The position numbers and the translations under genes were made by a program. Below the pieces are notes generated by a model. It saw only the letters and a program-made list of their open reading frames with translations, did not search any database and was not told the DNA's origin. A stretch of DNA of 63,814 bases, counting the filler, from Octopus bimaculoides (Eukaryota): assembly GCF_001194135.2 (NCBI RefSeq). It is 7 parts of 4 records of this genome, joined end to end, with 100 filler letters (N's around TTAATTAATTAA, not from the genome) between each part and the next. Parts side by side here need not be neighbours in the genome. Positions count along the whole stretch, not along the records: positions 1 to 23,990 come from NC_068999.1; 6 more parts are not named here. One strand, given 5' to 3'. This document shows positions 1 to 13,365 of this stretch, piece by piece (position 1 is the stretch's first letter; every line of letters begins with the position of its first letter).

Positions 1-291
1 GTTTGCAGGGTCTTTAAGCTTCCACACCCTTCTTCTCCAAGCCTGTCTAATTCTGGGCACCCATTTTGCCTTGATCCCAAAGTCGCTAACTACTAATCTA
101 TGTTGTGGGGTACATTCTTCGTCAGGGTAGGTTTTGGCATTTATAAGCCGCCCTCTTTCCCTATTTCTGGCGAGGATGTAGTCGATTTGGCTAGAGTGTC
201 TGCCGGAGCGGTAGGTGACTAGGTGACTGGCAGGTTTCCTGAAGTTGGTATTGCAGACCATAAGATTGGTTGCATCACAGAACTCCAGCAG
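1..291 (-). mobile_element. RTE-clade LINE fragment, apurinic-endonuclease C-terminal region
   Basis: Manual minus-strand translation is open: LLEFCDATNLMVCNTNFRKPASHLVTYRSGRHSSQIDYILARNRERGRLINAKTYPDEECTPQHRLVVSDFGIKAKWVPRIRQAWRRRVWKLKDPAN. It carries the QIDYIL and ECxxQHRLV motifs of RTE endonucleases and runs off the window edge. Confidence 0.85.
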
Positions 292-549
292 TTTTGGGAG
301 AGGTCGCCTAGGTACTAAAAGCTATCAACTATTTGTAGGGAGCCATCTGAGCTTTGAGAGCATCTATTTCGCAGTTGCATTTCCTTTTACAACATGGACA
401 CATGTGCCTATTCTAAAAAAACTAGGGTGCATATGACAGCAAAATTGGCCTCAGTAGTATTCCAACTGGACGTAACTAAGTATTGCTTGGCATTTTGTTT
501 GACTAGCTGATGTAACAGACCATTGATTTTGTACATGTCTCTCTCTCAT

Positions 550-690
550 CAGCATCATCATCATCATTGTTGTTTAACATCCGCTTTCCATGCTAGCATG
601 GGTTNNNNNNNNNNCTCCACTGGCACGGGTGCCAGTCATCGAATTTGATTTCGATTTCACTTGCCTCAACAGGTCTTCGTGTGTGTGTAA
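550..690 (-). mobile_element. SINE/LINE 3' tail (RTE-type tail family), partial
   Basis: (CAT)n tail followed by gtttaacatccgctttccatgctagcatgggtt, the same tail seen at 1994-2050 and 23758-23990. Confidence 0.65.
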
Positions 691-1959
691 TAAGTGTAAA
701 TGTTGAAAGATGTACTACAGTATTTCTTATTTTCCTTTCGTGTCTATTTTTCTATGCTGGCAAGGATGAGATCAGTACTTATTTAAGGAAGTACTTTTAT
801 GAGTAGATTCTCTTCCTGCTGTCAAGCCTTTCTTATTTTACAAGTGATGGATTTTTTTTATTCCACTCCTTTAAGAATGCAGAGCTATGGAATGTAATGT
901 TTACCATTGCTTGCTCAGACAACTTGTTTACACAGATGAAACATTTTGTTTGTCTGTCCGTTCCAGCCAACAACAGGCTTTTCTGCAGTTTCCGTCTACC
1001 AATTTTGCTCATAAGGTATTGGTTGGCTTCAGGCAATAGTAAAAGTCTCTTGCTCATGGTGCTATGCAGTAGAGCTAAACCCAAGACACAAAGCTGTGAA
1101 GCAAATTCTTAACCACAGAGCCATGTCAGCAACAAAAAAAAAAAAAAAAGAAAAGTTTCAGTAATTAGTATCCAAGTGAATTTTCTAGAAACTCTTGTAC
1201 CATATATTCTTACCTGGAACTGAGTCATGCATTCGTTCTCTGTTAAAGTGTCAGGCAGCTGTACTGAAATTCATGCTACCTTACACATCTCGCATCATTT
1301 TCCTTCATTCTTACTCTTTGTTTCCTTTTCATCTTATTCTTCCCTCCTTTCTGCCCCCTTTTTCTTTTTCACTTCTTACTATTTCTTTAATTTTGTTTTT
1401 ACTCTTTTCGTTTCCTTTTAAGTCGATCACCCTATTCCCCTACTCTTTCAATATTTTCATCTTTCCTGTCCTACTTTTGTCTTCTCTATGTCATTTCCCA
1501 CAACTATGAGGTCGTATCAAAATGTTCCCGGACTAGTTATGTTTAATAAAAAAAAAAACTTATTTACCTAAGTTTTAACACCTCCTTTGAAATNNNNNNN
1601 NNNNNNNNNNNNNNNNNNNNNNNNNNNNNNNNNNNNNNNNNNNNNNNNNNNNNNNNNNNNNNNNNNNNNNNNNNNNNNNNNNNNNNNNNNNNNNNNNNNN
1701 NNNNNNNNNNNNNNNNNNNNNNNNNNNNNNNNNNNNNNNNNNNNNNNNNNNNNNNNNNNNNNNNNNNNNNNNNNNNNNNNNNNNNNNNNNNNNNNNNNNN
1801 NNNNNNNNNNNNNNNNNNNNNNNNNNNNNNNNNNNNNNNNNNNNNNNNNNNATATATATATATATAATGCACCTTCATACATATGGATATAGTTTCATAT
1901 ATTCATACATCTCTACATACACTGATATATATGTACATGCATATCGTCATCATATAGCA

Positions 1960-2052
1960 TCCATGTTGCCATCCGGTTTCACCAGTCCTCAGTCAAATCG
2001 TCCAACCCATGCTAGCATGGAAAGCGGACGTTAAACGATGATGATGATGATT
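1960..2052 (+). mobile_element. RTE-type 3' tail fragment ending in (TGA)n
   Basis: aacccatgctagcatggaaagcggacgttaaacgatgatgatgatg, the reverse complement of the tail at 23758. Confidence 0.7.
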
Positions 2053-2956
2053 CCATGCTGAAGCTAAATTATAATGGTATTGATGATGTCCATGTTTGTA
2101 GAATTGTGCGTAGATATATACATACATTATTATATATCCTAGAGAGTCAAGGTGACTGGAAAAACGTGTATTGTGTGTGAGAAAGAAGAAAGTTGATAGC
2201 TGTGTCATTTCTTCTAACTTTGGAAATATTAGCAAAGCTTTCTCTCTCCCCTTCCACTCCACCCCAACCCCTTATTTATCTCGGTAAACATCAGCTGTCT
2301 GCTAACATTCCCTCAGTCACTCCCTCACTTCTGCTCTCTCCATTTTTAGCAGACTCTTCATATATTACTGACAATGTCACTCTGAAGAGAATGGTAGGCA
2401 GCATTTGCCATTTTTCATCCATCATAATGCTCCCCTCACCATACACATAAATTTACACACACACACACATGCGCACACAGTTCCTTCTTAATACAATCCC
2501 AGGACTCTTTCTCTCTCACCTAAACTGGATGAATGAGTCAGCCCTTGCAGAGCTCATTTTTTCCCCTCCCAAGCTTCAAATCTTTTTAAAAGGGAGCAGC
2601 TTAATCAGAGTTCAGTCTGTCTGCATGTCTTTCTCTCTCTGTATTTGCCTGTCTGTCTACATTTCCATTTCTGTCTGTCTTTCTGCTAGTCCTTCTGTCT
2701 GTGTTTAAGCCTGTCACTGTGTCCTCATTCTTGTAGAACACATTATGCATGAGGACAAAGGTCAAATAAATATGAGCACACACACGCACACACAAATACA
2801 CTTACACATGCACACAAACATATTCACCACTCCTCTTTATCACTTTGCTGACATTTTGAGCTCAATTTTGGAAAAGATTCTTTTTCCCCCCCTCTTTGTG
2901 TTCTCTTTGTCTGTTTCATTGTTGGTATTTTTTCACACATCATTATCTTCATCACC

Positions 2957-2988
<32 letters not shown>

Positions 2989-3159
2989 TATCATTATCAT
3001 TATTTTCATTACCATCACAGCATTATCATCACCACTGCTTTCATCACCTCATCATTACAATCATTCCAGTCGTCATTGTCGCTGTCATCATTACCACCAC
3101 CACCATCATCATAATCATCATTACCATCAGCATACCCTTCAGTGTCATCAATCTTTACT

Positions 3160-3305
3160 TTCTGAGTTCAAATTCCACCAAGGTCAACTTTGCCGTTCAT
3201 CCTTTTGGGGTTGATAAAATAAGTACCAGTTGAGTACTGGAATCAATGGAATTAATTTACCCCGCTTTCCCGAACTTGCTGGCCCTTTGCCAAAATTTGA
3301 AACCA
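3160..3305 (+). mobile_element. SINE family A (tRNA-head), 5'-truncated
   Basis: ttctgagttcaaattccaccaaggtcaactttgccgttcatccttttggggttgataaaataagtaccag matches the multicopy family at 44575, 54917 and 38245. Confidence 0.7.
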
Positions 3306-3804
3306 TTAGTAATCTGGTGTTGGTCTCAAAAGTTTGGCATCAAAAGGTTTAATCATATAAATGCAGACACCCCACCCCCTTACATAATGAAAGTATTGCT
3401 TCCTTGACAACCTTGCTATCGTATGGAACCTAGTTTTCCATTGGTTTTGTGTTACAGTATTCCACATTATGGCTAGATTTTTTTTTGGTAACATAACACT
3501 TATCGGAGATATTCATATATTTTACATTTTCATAAATTTGAACTGGTTTATTGTTTTTGTTTTGACTTTGAAATTTGTGTGTGTGTGTGTGTGTGTTATG
3601 GCCATATGACACAAAACAGTACTGGTGGTGGTAAAATATCAAGCCAGCATCTAGCCATTTCCTTGGCAATCAGCAGGACCATTCCAGCTAGCTCCAGTTA
3701 TTGTTTCCATACTCTCTAGTGTTGTTCAGCTCCAAGTCTGCCCTGATTGAGTAGTCCTATGATCGGAGATATTTCGGTCTTGATCACCCTTTGTTTGTTG
3801 TAGA

Positions 3805-3990
3805 TCATCATCATCATCATCATCATCATTTCATGTCTGTTTTCCATGTTGGATGGTTTGACAGGAGCTGGCAAGTCAGAAGACTACACCAAGCTCTACT
3901 GTCTGCTTTGGCAAGGTTTCTAAGACTGGATGCTTTTTCTAACACCAACCAGTGTGGACTGGGTGCGTTTTATGTGGTACCAGCAGCAGT
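3805..3990 (-). mobile_element. SINE family C (RTE-tail), degraded
   Basis: (CAT)n tail plus tttccatg...ggatgc..ttctaacaccaacc, similar to 23758-23990. Confidence 0.6.
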
Positions 3991-4439
3991 GAGGCCACCA
4001 AATAGTTTACAAGAGAGGACCTCTCAGCTTAAAGAGGGAGTAATATATAGGAAGGTGGCTTTGTGCCAGAGAAGTACGAGTGGAGGGACAGAAATAGATG
4101 TCTTGCAGTAAAGAAGATACATGGCTACCTTAGTAGGAGAAAAAGAGGGAGGGAGAAGGAAGATGATGAAGAAGTGATGGAGCAGGGTACACTCAAATTA
4201 CAAGGTGGTGTATATAAGTGGGATCAAGGATTGGATAAGGTGAGCGGGTGGTATATGTAGGACTATAATATTTTCTTTTTAAAAGATGAACTGGTATAAT
4301 TTGAAGGAATTTAGTTGCTGTTTTTAGTATTTTGAGTAACCGTGTAGTTTTCTTCATTGGCTTCTACTAGGTCACTTGATTGAAACATCAGGTCATCTGA
4401 CACAAAGTGTCTTTCAGAAAGATATGTAAATTAACAAAA

Positions 4440-4955
4440 ATAAATGTCTTGCAGTGGAGTAGTTGTCAATGAATTTGGCCTGCATCCATTATCCTGCATC
4501 CATTGTGCAAGCCAGCTCCCGCAACAGGCTGCTCTGAATACCTGGATGTGGCAACTGGAGCTAGTAGGTTTTTGTCTGGGAATAGTAAGTGCCCTGACAG
4601 AATAACCACCTTCGTATACAAGGGAAGCAAATCCCCTAATCTGGACATGACGTGCTGCAACACTTTCTTGAGCTCCAACCTTTCTGCATTGGCCACAAGC
4701 CTGGGTGTCACCATCCATAATGCAGAGGAGAGACAGTTAAACAAGTATAGGAGCCTGACTGGCCACTGTCAGTTTTTGCCAATTGCTATCATGACCTCAG
4801 ATGTTCTTAGACCCCACACTGGCAATTTTCTCCACAAAATCAGGATCTCTGCTGCCCATCTGAGAAATGAGGTGGGGTGGCTGTTGCAGCAAGTGTCACT
4901 GGCCATTCTCTGTGGCTAAACACCGCTATTTGTTCTGGGGTGTACAAACCATTAC
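4440..4955 (+). pseudogene. Degraded CRE-like non-LTR retrotransposon 3' end (CCHC knuckle + restriction-like endonuclease)
   Basis: Across frameshifts it reads SCSGVVVNEFGLHPLSC...QAALN, then PDRITTFVYKGSKSPNLDMTCCNTF...AEERQLNKYRSLTGHCQFLPIAIMTSDVL...WLLQQVSLAILCG. This is the layout of the RLE C-terminus (PD...D, K-Y, F-x-P-x-A-x-E/T, Q-x-x-S-x-A-I-x-R-G). Confidence 0.65.
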
Positions 4956-5959
4956 TACCCCACATCTTCTGCTGCTTAATCTTCCCTGTTTTTTTTCTTC
5001 TCTGATTCCCTGGTGAAGTAGTTGAGGTTTTTTTTCTCAATAATTTGATCTTTTATACTTTTAATGTTTTTCTTTTCTTTTCTTCCTCTAAAAATATGTT
5101 GTTAATGAAGCATCAAATTGGAAAAAAAAAGGAAATAATTAAGAATAAACATTTTTTTTCTGATTAATTCTTGTTGATAATGTTCTTATCTAAAATCTTA
5201 ATAGCGACAATTTTTATCTCTTTAAACATTTTGGAAAAAATTCTATACATAAATCGTATGTGTGTGTGTGTATATACACACATACAAATAGATATATATG
5301 TTTATGTGTGTGTGATTCTTTAGTTTTTATATTCTTTAGTTTTTAATCATGTGTGTGTGTGTGTGTGTGTGTGTATACACAAACATACAAATAGATATAT
5401 ATGTTTGTGTGTGATATATTCTTTTACTAGTTTTTAGTTTTTGGACAGCATCCATAATAAGTACATCATTCAGGAATATATATGTGTGTGTTTGTGTGTA
5501 TGTGTATATATATATGTGTGTATATATATATGTGTATATATGTATATATGTGTGTGCATATGTATGTGCATATATATATATGTGTGTATATGTGTGTGTG
5601 TATGTGAGTGTGTGTATAAATCTAGTTATATTACTGAGTCACATAACAAATGTCTAGGTTTTTTCTGTTACATCCAGAACAGCCCTGATTCAGCAGAGCT
5701 ATGATCAAAAGCTTCCCAGTTGGGACCAACCCATGTTTCCACATAGCTACAATTGATTACATTGGTCTTCTTTTTTTTTTTTAAATGGTTGAATGTAATC
5801 TAAGGTAACTTGGCTGTTATTTCTTGGAGGTCAACTGAGCCTACAGAGGCTTTTTGTTGGCCCAGCAAATATTTAGTGATGCATATGGGTGTGTATGAGA
5901 TGGAATTTGGTGATATGTTATGTGATGGAATGTGATGCACATAAATGTGAGAGGTACAG

Positions 5960-5992
<33 letters not shown>

Positions 5993-6542
5993 TGTGTGTG
6001 ATTTAATGTAATTTTGTGAATATATGCGATGTGTATGTAATAGTCTGTATGTTTGTGTTTGATTGAATTTTGAAGGTATGTGTAATATGTGTGTGTGAAA
6101 TAGCAGCACGTGGCCCCACACCACACCACACTTCTTGCTGACTCCACTCCTCATTCACCTTCACTTCATTCTGTTCGACTGTGTGTGTATGCAGAGACTA
6201 TGGTAGCATCCCCTCTAATACTATTCTCTGTGTGTATGTGTGATACACCCTGCATTTTCCCAGTTATTGGATTGATGTTATTGTTCTGTGTGCATGCCTG
6301 AATGTGTGTGTGTTTGTGTGTGATTCATTCATCAAAGCAATCAGGCGTGCTTGACTAAAAGACTCAAAATGATTTAAAAAACCAATCAATATAAATATGA
6401 AATAAAAACAAGATATAAATTTAAAACCTGGTTTGAATCAGTAAAAATATTTTGGGAAATGTAAGGTTTTGAAAATATCCTCTAAATTATATTAATAATC
6501 TTCAATTTTTTTTTTATTTTGTTATTCTTTTCTTTTTTTATT

Positions 6543-6700
6543 AAGGTGGTGAGCTGGCAGAATTGTTAGCACATGAGATGGACTGCTTTTTTTATTCTGA
6601 GCTCAAATTCAGCTGAGGCAAAGTTGACCATGGTGGAATTTGAGTTCAGAATATACAATCAGAAGCAACGCTGTTACACATTTTGTCCGGCGTGCTAACA
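6543..6700 (+). mobile_element. SINE family A head, degraded/rearranged
   Basis: aaggtggtgagctggcagaattgttagcac head; an inverted piece of the body follows (ggaatttgagttcaga). Confidence 0.55.
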
Positions 6701-7924
6701 ATAATGAGCTATTTTATTGAATGCATCCAAATTCTTGATTATCTTAAAAATTAATTAAAAGACATAGTGAATATGGTCATGAAAACAGTTAGCTGACAAA
6801 AACTTTTGAATCAGTTATTAATCACTTGTTCAATCTAAGTCACTCATAAAAACCTGTTGTGTGTGTGTGTGTGTGTGGTATTAGCTAAGCATATGGACAT
6901 CTGGCACACTGCCCGGGTTATTTATTTAGTCATAAATATCGTGTTCTATTCTACTGTAAGTACAGATATTGTCTTGTGCAAACATATGCACGAAGTCATG
7001 GTCAAATTAAACAAAGAGCTTTAGAGAATATCAATAATAGAATGTTTAATATAACATCTCCTGTGTGTGCAGTGTGTCTATAATGCAGCATGTGTGCAGT
7101 GTTGTTTAAGCATAGGGTGTTTCTGATTGGGGAGCCATGATCACCTGTTTTTTATTTTCCTTTTTTTTTTTTTCAGATATATCTAAAACTATATAAAATC
7201 ATTCAGTGTGTGTTTGTGTTTTTTTTTTTTATAAAGACAGTGAGCTATGTGTGGATATTCTAAAGATAGTGTGCTGTGTGAGGGATATTTGGTTGCCTTT
7301 TTTTAACAGTCAAGAAATCACATGGAGGCTCCTTCACCTGCTGGAATTGCTTTATACATGTGTGTGCATGTGTATAAACAGATGTGACTCTCTGGTTAAG
7401 AAGCTCACTTAGCAACCATGTGGTTTCAGAGTCAGTCCCATTCCATGACTCCTTTTGCAAATGTCTTCCATTTTTGTCCTAGGTCGAGCAATACTTTTCC
7501 AATGAATTCATTTCCAACTTTATGTCCCTCTGATTTTGTCCTTGGCACTGTGCATCGTCCTCACACTTATCATCATTTCTGCTGCCACCTACCACCTTCC
7601 TGATTCACTCCTACTTCCTCTACCTTCTCCTCCAACTGATATTCACAATCGATCACACTGCCACCCATGTTCACCTCTCACTGCATTTATCTCTACCTGC
7701 CTTTCTGTCATGAAGCCACTTACCTACCCACTTAACCTGTCCCATTCCATGTATCACTTCTCTTATATTTGCCTTCCTGCAAACTGAGTGTATGCCCTGA
7801 CAATGTTCACCATCATCTCTCTCTCTCTCTTTTTCATTAGTGGTAGCCATGTATCTCTTCTATAGCAATACCACTTGCCCTCATTTGAGGGGTCTTGTCT
7901 TCTGAGTTACTTGGTGACCTCACT

Positions 7925-8305
7925 GATGCTGGTGCCACATAAAAAGCACCCAGTACACTCTGTAAAGTGGTTGATATTAGGAAGGGCATCCAGCTGTGAC
8001 AACCATGCCAAAGCAAACACTGGAGTTTGGCGCAGTCTTCTGGCTTGTCAGACTCCTGTTGAATTGTCCAACCCATGCCAGTGTGGAAAATGGATGTGCC
8101 ACACTTGTACCAGTGCCATGTAAAAAGTACTTTGTCCCAGTCGCATGTTAAAAGCACCCAACACACTGTAAAGTGGTTGGTGTTAGGAAGGGCATCCAGT
8201 TGTAAAAACCGGGCCAAATCAAACTGGAACATGGTGCAGCTTCTCAGCTCTGGTCAAACTATCCAACCCATACAAGCATGGAAAACGAACATTAAAGGAT
8301 GATGA
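7925..8305 (+). mobile_element. SINE family C, two head-to-tail degraded copies
   Basis: Two aaaagcaccca...acact.tgtaaagtggttg...ttaggaagggcatccag blocks (about 7940 and 8150), each followed by an acccat.c..gcatggaaaa tail. Confidence 0.7.
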
Positions 8306-10929
8306 TATATATATATGTATACATTGTGTATACACATGAATCTTGATGTTATATTTGTTGGCATATGAAGCATAGTGGTTCTGATGTTGACATTTCTAAT
8401 TGACATTATGATCAGCAGCTCTGCACTTTCAAAGATCTGTGGAGAAGGTTTTGGTGAGGGTACAATTCTGAGGTGGAAGTTTTGTCTTGAGTTCAAATCT
8501 TATTGAAGTTTTCGTTTGCCCAGTAATGTATTGAGATTCACTCTCTATTCTCTTGGATTTCAGTTCTTGTTGAAATCACCTCATTGCATGTGCTGTACCA
8601 TACCGTTAGTTATTCAATAGAGCTTATGGAAGTAATTATAATGTCTCTGTGAGGAGAGGAAGAGGAGGAATTTGCTCGGTAAATTGATTCTATCGACCTT
8701 GTCTTGTCCTTTCTTTTTTCTTACTGTCTCCATTTCCTCCTCTGTGGAACAAATCAATGTCAGTAATCTGTTTAAATACCCAACGTCATCAATCAAACTT
8801 ATCACTACAGTGACAGTGGTATTGTTGTTGTCATCACCACTGCCACTATTATCAACATCCTCCCACCACCATTATCACCATGACACCATCATCATCAATG
8901 TTGTCATTGTTTCACCACCACCGTTGCTGCCATGATCACCATCATCACTGTCATTGCTGTTGTCATCATCATTGTCCTCATTGGAATCAGTTGTTTAAAA
9001 TGCATTTTGCACATACAAATATAAACATATTTTCACATGCAAAGGGTTTTTGACCCAATATTTCTTTACTATTATCCTATCTCTAACAAAAATGAATTAT
9101 TTCACATTCTCTCCAAGTTTCTAAATTCTTATGATGTAAGCTCTCAGGCTCTTTCTCTCTCATACACACTCACGCACACAGGCGAACGCATAGGTGCAAA
9201 ACAAGGTGGAAAAAGTAGTATTTGAATACCAAAGGTAGAACAATATATTTTTTATTAAAGCTGCAAAATTATCACAGAGCTATTACTCAGTTTCATGTTC
9301 CATTCATTGGACAGTTGTGATATTCATCACAACTATCCATTGAAAGGGAATGTGAAACTCTGAGTAACAGTTCTGTGATAATTTTGCAGCATTAATAAAT
9401 TATGTGTGTGTGTGTATGCACATTTGTATATCATAGCTTAGATAAGTTCAACATGAACTAATCATATGGTTATCTCTTCAACTTTACATATCTATAATTT
9501 TGTTAATTTTACATCCGTTTTCCTTCCAGGCTAACTTGGATTAGACATTACATGAATATATTATACATTCACACACACACACACACCAGCTAACTCTGTA
9601 TGCATACACATACATGTGCACACACACATGCACACCGTAACATTATTTTTGAAATCAAACTGACTGACTCACACCACTGGGAAAAATCTGTAGTTTAGTT
9701 TGTTGTATGCAGCTCGATGTTAGCATCTGGCTAGGATAAAGCTGTAGAAATGCAGCCTGCATGCACAGCTGCAACCAAACCATCCCACCACTGCCACTAT
9801 CCCACCATGGTCTATGCCACCTTACATCTTCCTCCCACCCCTTCTATTGGCCAGTACTCTATTTTTACATTTGCACTATTTCTGTGCATCCTTCTTACTG
9901 TTGTACTTTACAAAAGAATGCATTGCAAATGCAAGCTGCATATTTATTGTGCTGCAAAGATGCATCTTGCAATAACCTCCTTCTCCCAGCATCCTGAGCT
10001 CCCTCTTACCCACCTACTCCAGTCTGTCTTTTACCAATGAATGCATATTTTTATATGCGGATTTCTTATTGATCTTGTCGTCCTGTGTTATGATTGTCAA
10101 TTCAAGTTTGACTCTTAGCTCAATAATGCCGGGCTTAATGTAACTCTGCTGCGGTCTCAGTCATTTCTGAAAAAGAAGAAACACCATATATTCTTCCCAA
10201 CCTTGTATTTTTGGGTTCAGTCCCACTGCATGGCACCTTGGGCAAGTGCCTTTTACTATAGCCCCAGGCTCACCAAAGCCTTGTGAGTGGATTTGGTTGT
10301 TTGGGGGATGAAAAACTGAAAGAAGCAAGTCCTGGGGTTTTGACTAAATCCTTCAAGCTAATGCCCCTGCTTGGCCACAGTCCAACAACTCTGTGCTTTG
10401 TCTCCTCCTATCCCACTCCTCACCCCACATAACATTTTTGGTGGTGGTGGTGTGGATGATGGGTTCTTGGTTGTATTTACGATGCTGGCAGCTGGATTTT
10501 TTATAAATCAATTTCTCTTTGAAATAGCAAACTATCTCTCAGAAATAACAATAAATTAGAATTCACTTTTGTCTTCCAGCCACAGTATTTTTTTCCTAAA
10601 CATTAACCATGAATCCATAAATTTGTACGCAACAAATAGAGGTGATTGTATCAACCCTAGTGTATTACTGGTAGTTAATTTTATCATTGTCCTCCTCCAC
10701 TTTTCCTATTGGAGTGATGGATGAAAGGCAAAAAGTAAACCCCAGAATGGTTGTATGGTTAAGAAGTTTGTTTCACAACCACGTAGTTCACTTGTCAGAC
10801 ATTTTAGTCACTGTAAACTGTGTGCCTGGCAATAAATAGGTACAATGGGTAGGTATTTTTCTACCACTCAGCTGAAGCTGTAGTTGATAGGTCACAAGTA
10901 TTTTAATAGCTTCTGTATGTGTGTGTGTC

Positions 10930-11290
10930 AGTTATTGTTTTAACATCCAATTTTCCATGCTTGCATGGGTTGGATGGAATTCGTTGAGATGGATATAAGG
11001 TATTATTTCTTTGGAACCAGATACATCTTCACAAAAGATTGCATACGAAGGACACTGCTTGCATGATGGTGACACTTGTTTACAACTATTGTGCAATGTC
11101 AAGGAAAGAAGACAGTAATGTACACATATACACTTGTATGACTAAACTTTCAATTTCTGTCAACCAAATACACTCACAAGGTTTTGGTTGGCCGAGGGCT
11201 ATAGTAGAAGACATTTGCTCAAGGTACCATGCAGTGGAACTGAACCAGAAACTGTGGTTGGGAAGCAAATTTCCTTACTACACAACTACA
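10930..11290 (-). mobile_element. SINE with family-B head/CORE-like body and RTE-type tail
   Basis: The 11140-11290 block matches the family B head (accaaatacactcacaagg...gaagacatttgctcaaggtaccatgcagtgg); 10935-10990 matches the RTE tail (tttccatgcttgcatgggttggatgg). Confidence 0.6.
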
Positions 11291-11300
11291 CCTACATCTA

Positions 11301-11347
<47 letters not shown>

Positions 11348-11349
<2 letters not shown>

Positions 11350-11611
11350 GAGAAGTTTCAGGTGTGGAAGCAAGGTCTAGAATTGAAGGGCCTTAGAGTC
11401 AACCTAGCTAAAACCAAAATCCTAATAAGTAGGAAGGTAGATAAAACACAAACCCCTTCAGGTAGATGGCCCTGCTCAGTATGTAGAAAAGGAGTAGGTA
11501 GTAACTCTATAAGATGTACCCGGTGCAAGCTATGGACACATAAGAGGTGCAGCAACATCAAAGGCAGGTTAACTAGCAAGTTAGTTTTTGTTTGTGGCAG
11601 ATGTTCAGGTG
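11348..11611 (+). mobile_element. RTE-clade LINE fragment (post-RT region + Cys-rich finger), 5'-truncated at a (TA)n tract, runs into an N gap
   Basis: EEKFQVWKQGLELKGLRVNLAKTKILIS...WPCSVCRKGVGSNSIRCTRCKLWTHKRCSNIKGRL...FVCGRC. GLRVNxxKTK is the RT C-terminal motif; the CxxC...CxxC..W.H..C pattern is typical of RTE elements. Confidence 0.85.
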
Positions 11612-13074
11612 NNNNNNNNNNNNNNNNNNNNNNNNNNNNNNNNNNNNNNNNNNNNNNNNNNNNNNNNNNNNNNNNNNNNNNNNNNNNNNNNNNNNNNNNN
11701 NNNNNNNNNNNNNNNNNNNNNNNNNNNNNNNNNNNNNNNNNNNNNNNNNNNNNNNNNNNNNNNNNNNNNNNNNNNNNNNNNNNNNNNNNNNNNNNNNNNN
11801 NNNNNNNNNNNNNNNNNNNNNNNNNNNNNNNNNNNNNNNNNNNNNNNNNNNNNNNNNNNNNNNNNNNNNNNNNNNNNNNNNNNNNNNNNNNNNNNNNNNN
11901 NNNNNNNNNNNNNNNNNNNNNNNNNNNNNNNNNNNNNNNNNNNNNNNNNNNNNNNNNNNNNNNNNNNNNNNNNNNNNNNNNNNNNNNNNNNNNNNNNNNN
12001 NNNNNNNNNNNNNNNNNNNNNNNNNNNNNNNNNNNNNNNNNNNNNNNNNNNNNNNNNNNNNNNNNNNNNNNNNNNNNNNNNNNNNNNNNNNNNNNNNNNN
12101 NNNNNNNNNNNNNNNNNNNNNNNNNNNNNNNNNNNNNNNNNNNNNNNNNNNNNNNNNNNNNNNNNNNNNNNNNNNNNNNNNNNNNNNNNNNNNNNNNNNN
12201 NNNNNNNNNNNNNNNNNNNNNNNNNNNNNNNNNNNNNNNNNNNNNNNNNNNNNNNNNNNNNNNNNNNNNNNNNNNNNNNNNNNNNNNNNNNNNNNNNNNN
12301 NNNNNNNNNNNNNNNNNNNNNNNNNNNNNNNNNNNNNNNNNNNNNNNNNNNNNNNNNNNNNNNNNNNNNNNNNNNNNNNNNNNNNNNNNNNNNNNNNNNN
12401 NNNNNNNNNNNNNNNNNNNNNNNNNNNNNNNNNNNNNNNNNNNNNNNNNNNNNNNNNNNNNNNNNNNNNNNNNNNNNNNNNNNNNNNNNNNNNNNNNNNN
12501 NNNNNNNNNNNNNNNNNNNNNNNNNNNNNNNNNNNNNNNNNNNNNNNNNNNNNNNNNNNNNNNNNNNNNNNNNNNNNNNNNNNNNNNNNNNNTTTTTTTT
12601 TTTTTTTTTTTGGTGTGGAAGTGTGAGTGAGAAAAATATCTATAATTGATCAGCTGAATAATTGGAATGTATGTGTGTGTGTGTGTGCATTCTTGCATGT
12701 ATTCATTCATCTGCAACTAAAGCTTTAGTTTCAAATGAATAAACTCTACTAAATGTATTGTATACTTTTTCTCTAATTTGTACATCCAAATACACACACA
12801 CGATGAATGATAGAATGGAAGAGGGCTGTCAGTGGGTTACACTCATAATCATCGTTACCATTACAAATTATTAGCGTTTTGTATGATTAACCACTGGCAG
12901 CTCCATCCATCTGTTCCCCATCAAGACCATATGTTAAACCTATATTTTTTTTGTTTTGATAAAAATTTGCTTTGTTATTAGAGAGTGAGTGGTGAGGAGT
13001 AAGAGATCGATTGAATGTATGTTTGAAATCATCAGGTACCAAGATGTCTTGGCATTTGTTTAGGTGCAGAGAGG

Positions 13075-13365
13075 GATGTATGGTTGAGAAGCTTGCTCTG
13101 AAACTACATGGTTTCAGGTTCAATCTCAGTGCATCACACCTTAGGCAAGTGTTTCTATTATAGACCCAAGTCAGCTAATGCCCTGTGAGTGAAAGTGGTA
13201 GATGGAAGCTATGTGGAAGTCTATCATATGTGTCTCTCTTTCTCTCTGTCCCCACCACTTGACAACAGATGTCCATTTCTTTACTTCCAAGTAACTTAGC
13301 AATTCAGCAAATGAAAATGATAAAATAGGTATCAGGCTTAAAAAATAAGTACTGGGGTCAATTTG
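13075..13365 (+). mobile_element. SINE family B (tRNA head + CORE-like caccttgggcaagtg), degraded
   Basis: tggttgagaagcttgct...caccttaggcaagtgtttcta...aaataagtactggggtcaatt. Confidence 0.65.

Noticed and set aside
2353-2393. Small AG...GT exon-like segment (DSSYITDNVTLKRM)
   Set aside because: Too short to separate from chance and no linked exons.
2745-3233. His/Ser/Met-rich ORFs (likewise 36791-37060, 47758-47967, 57014-57458, 61556-61970)
   Set aside because: Trinucleotide microsatellite translations with no splice or domain support.
5250-5440. ~100-bp tandem duplication of a microsatellite-rich unit
   Set aside because: Ordinary slippage duplication.
11188-12716. Long ORFs of 344-480 aa (also those spanning 1594-1850, 35500-35995, 45162-45427, 50501-51284 and 59065-59876)
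   Set aside because: They are open only because they run through N gaps; only the RTE fragment 11348-11611 is real coding-like sequence.
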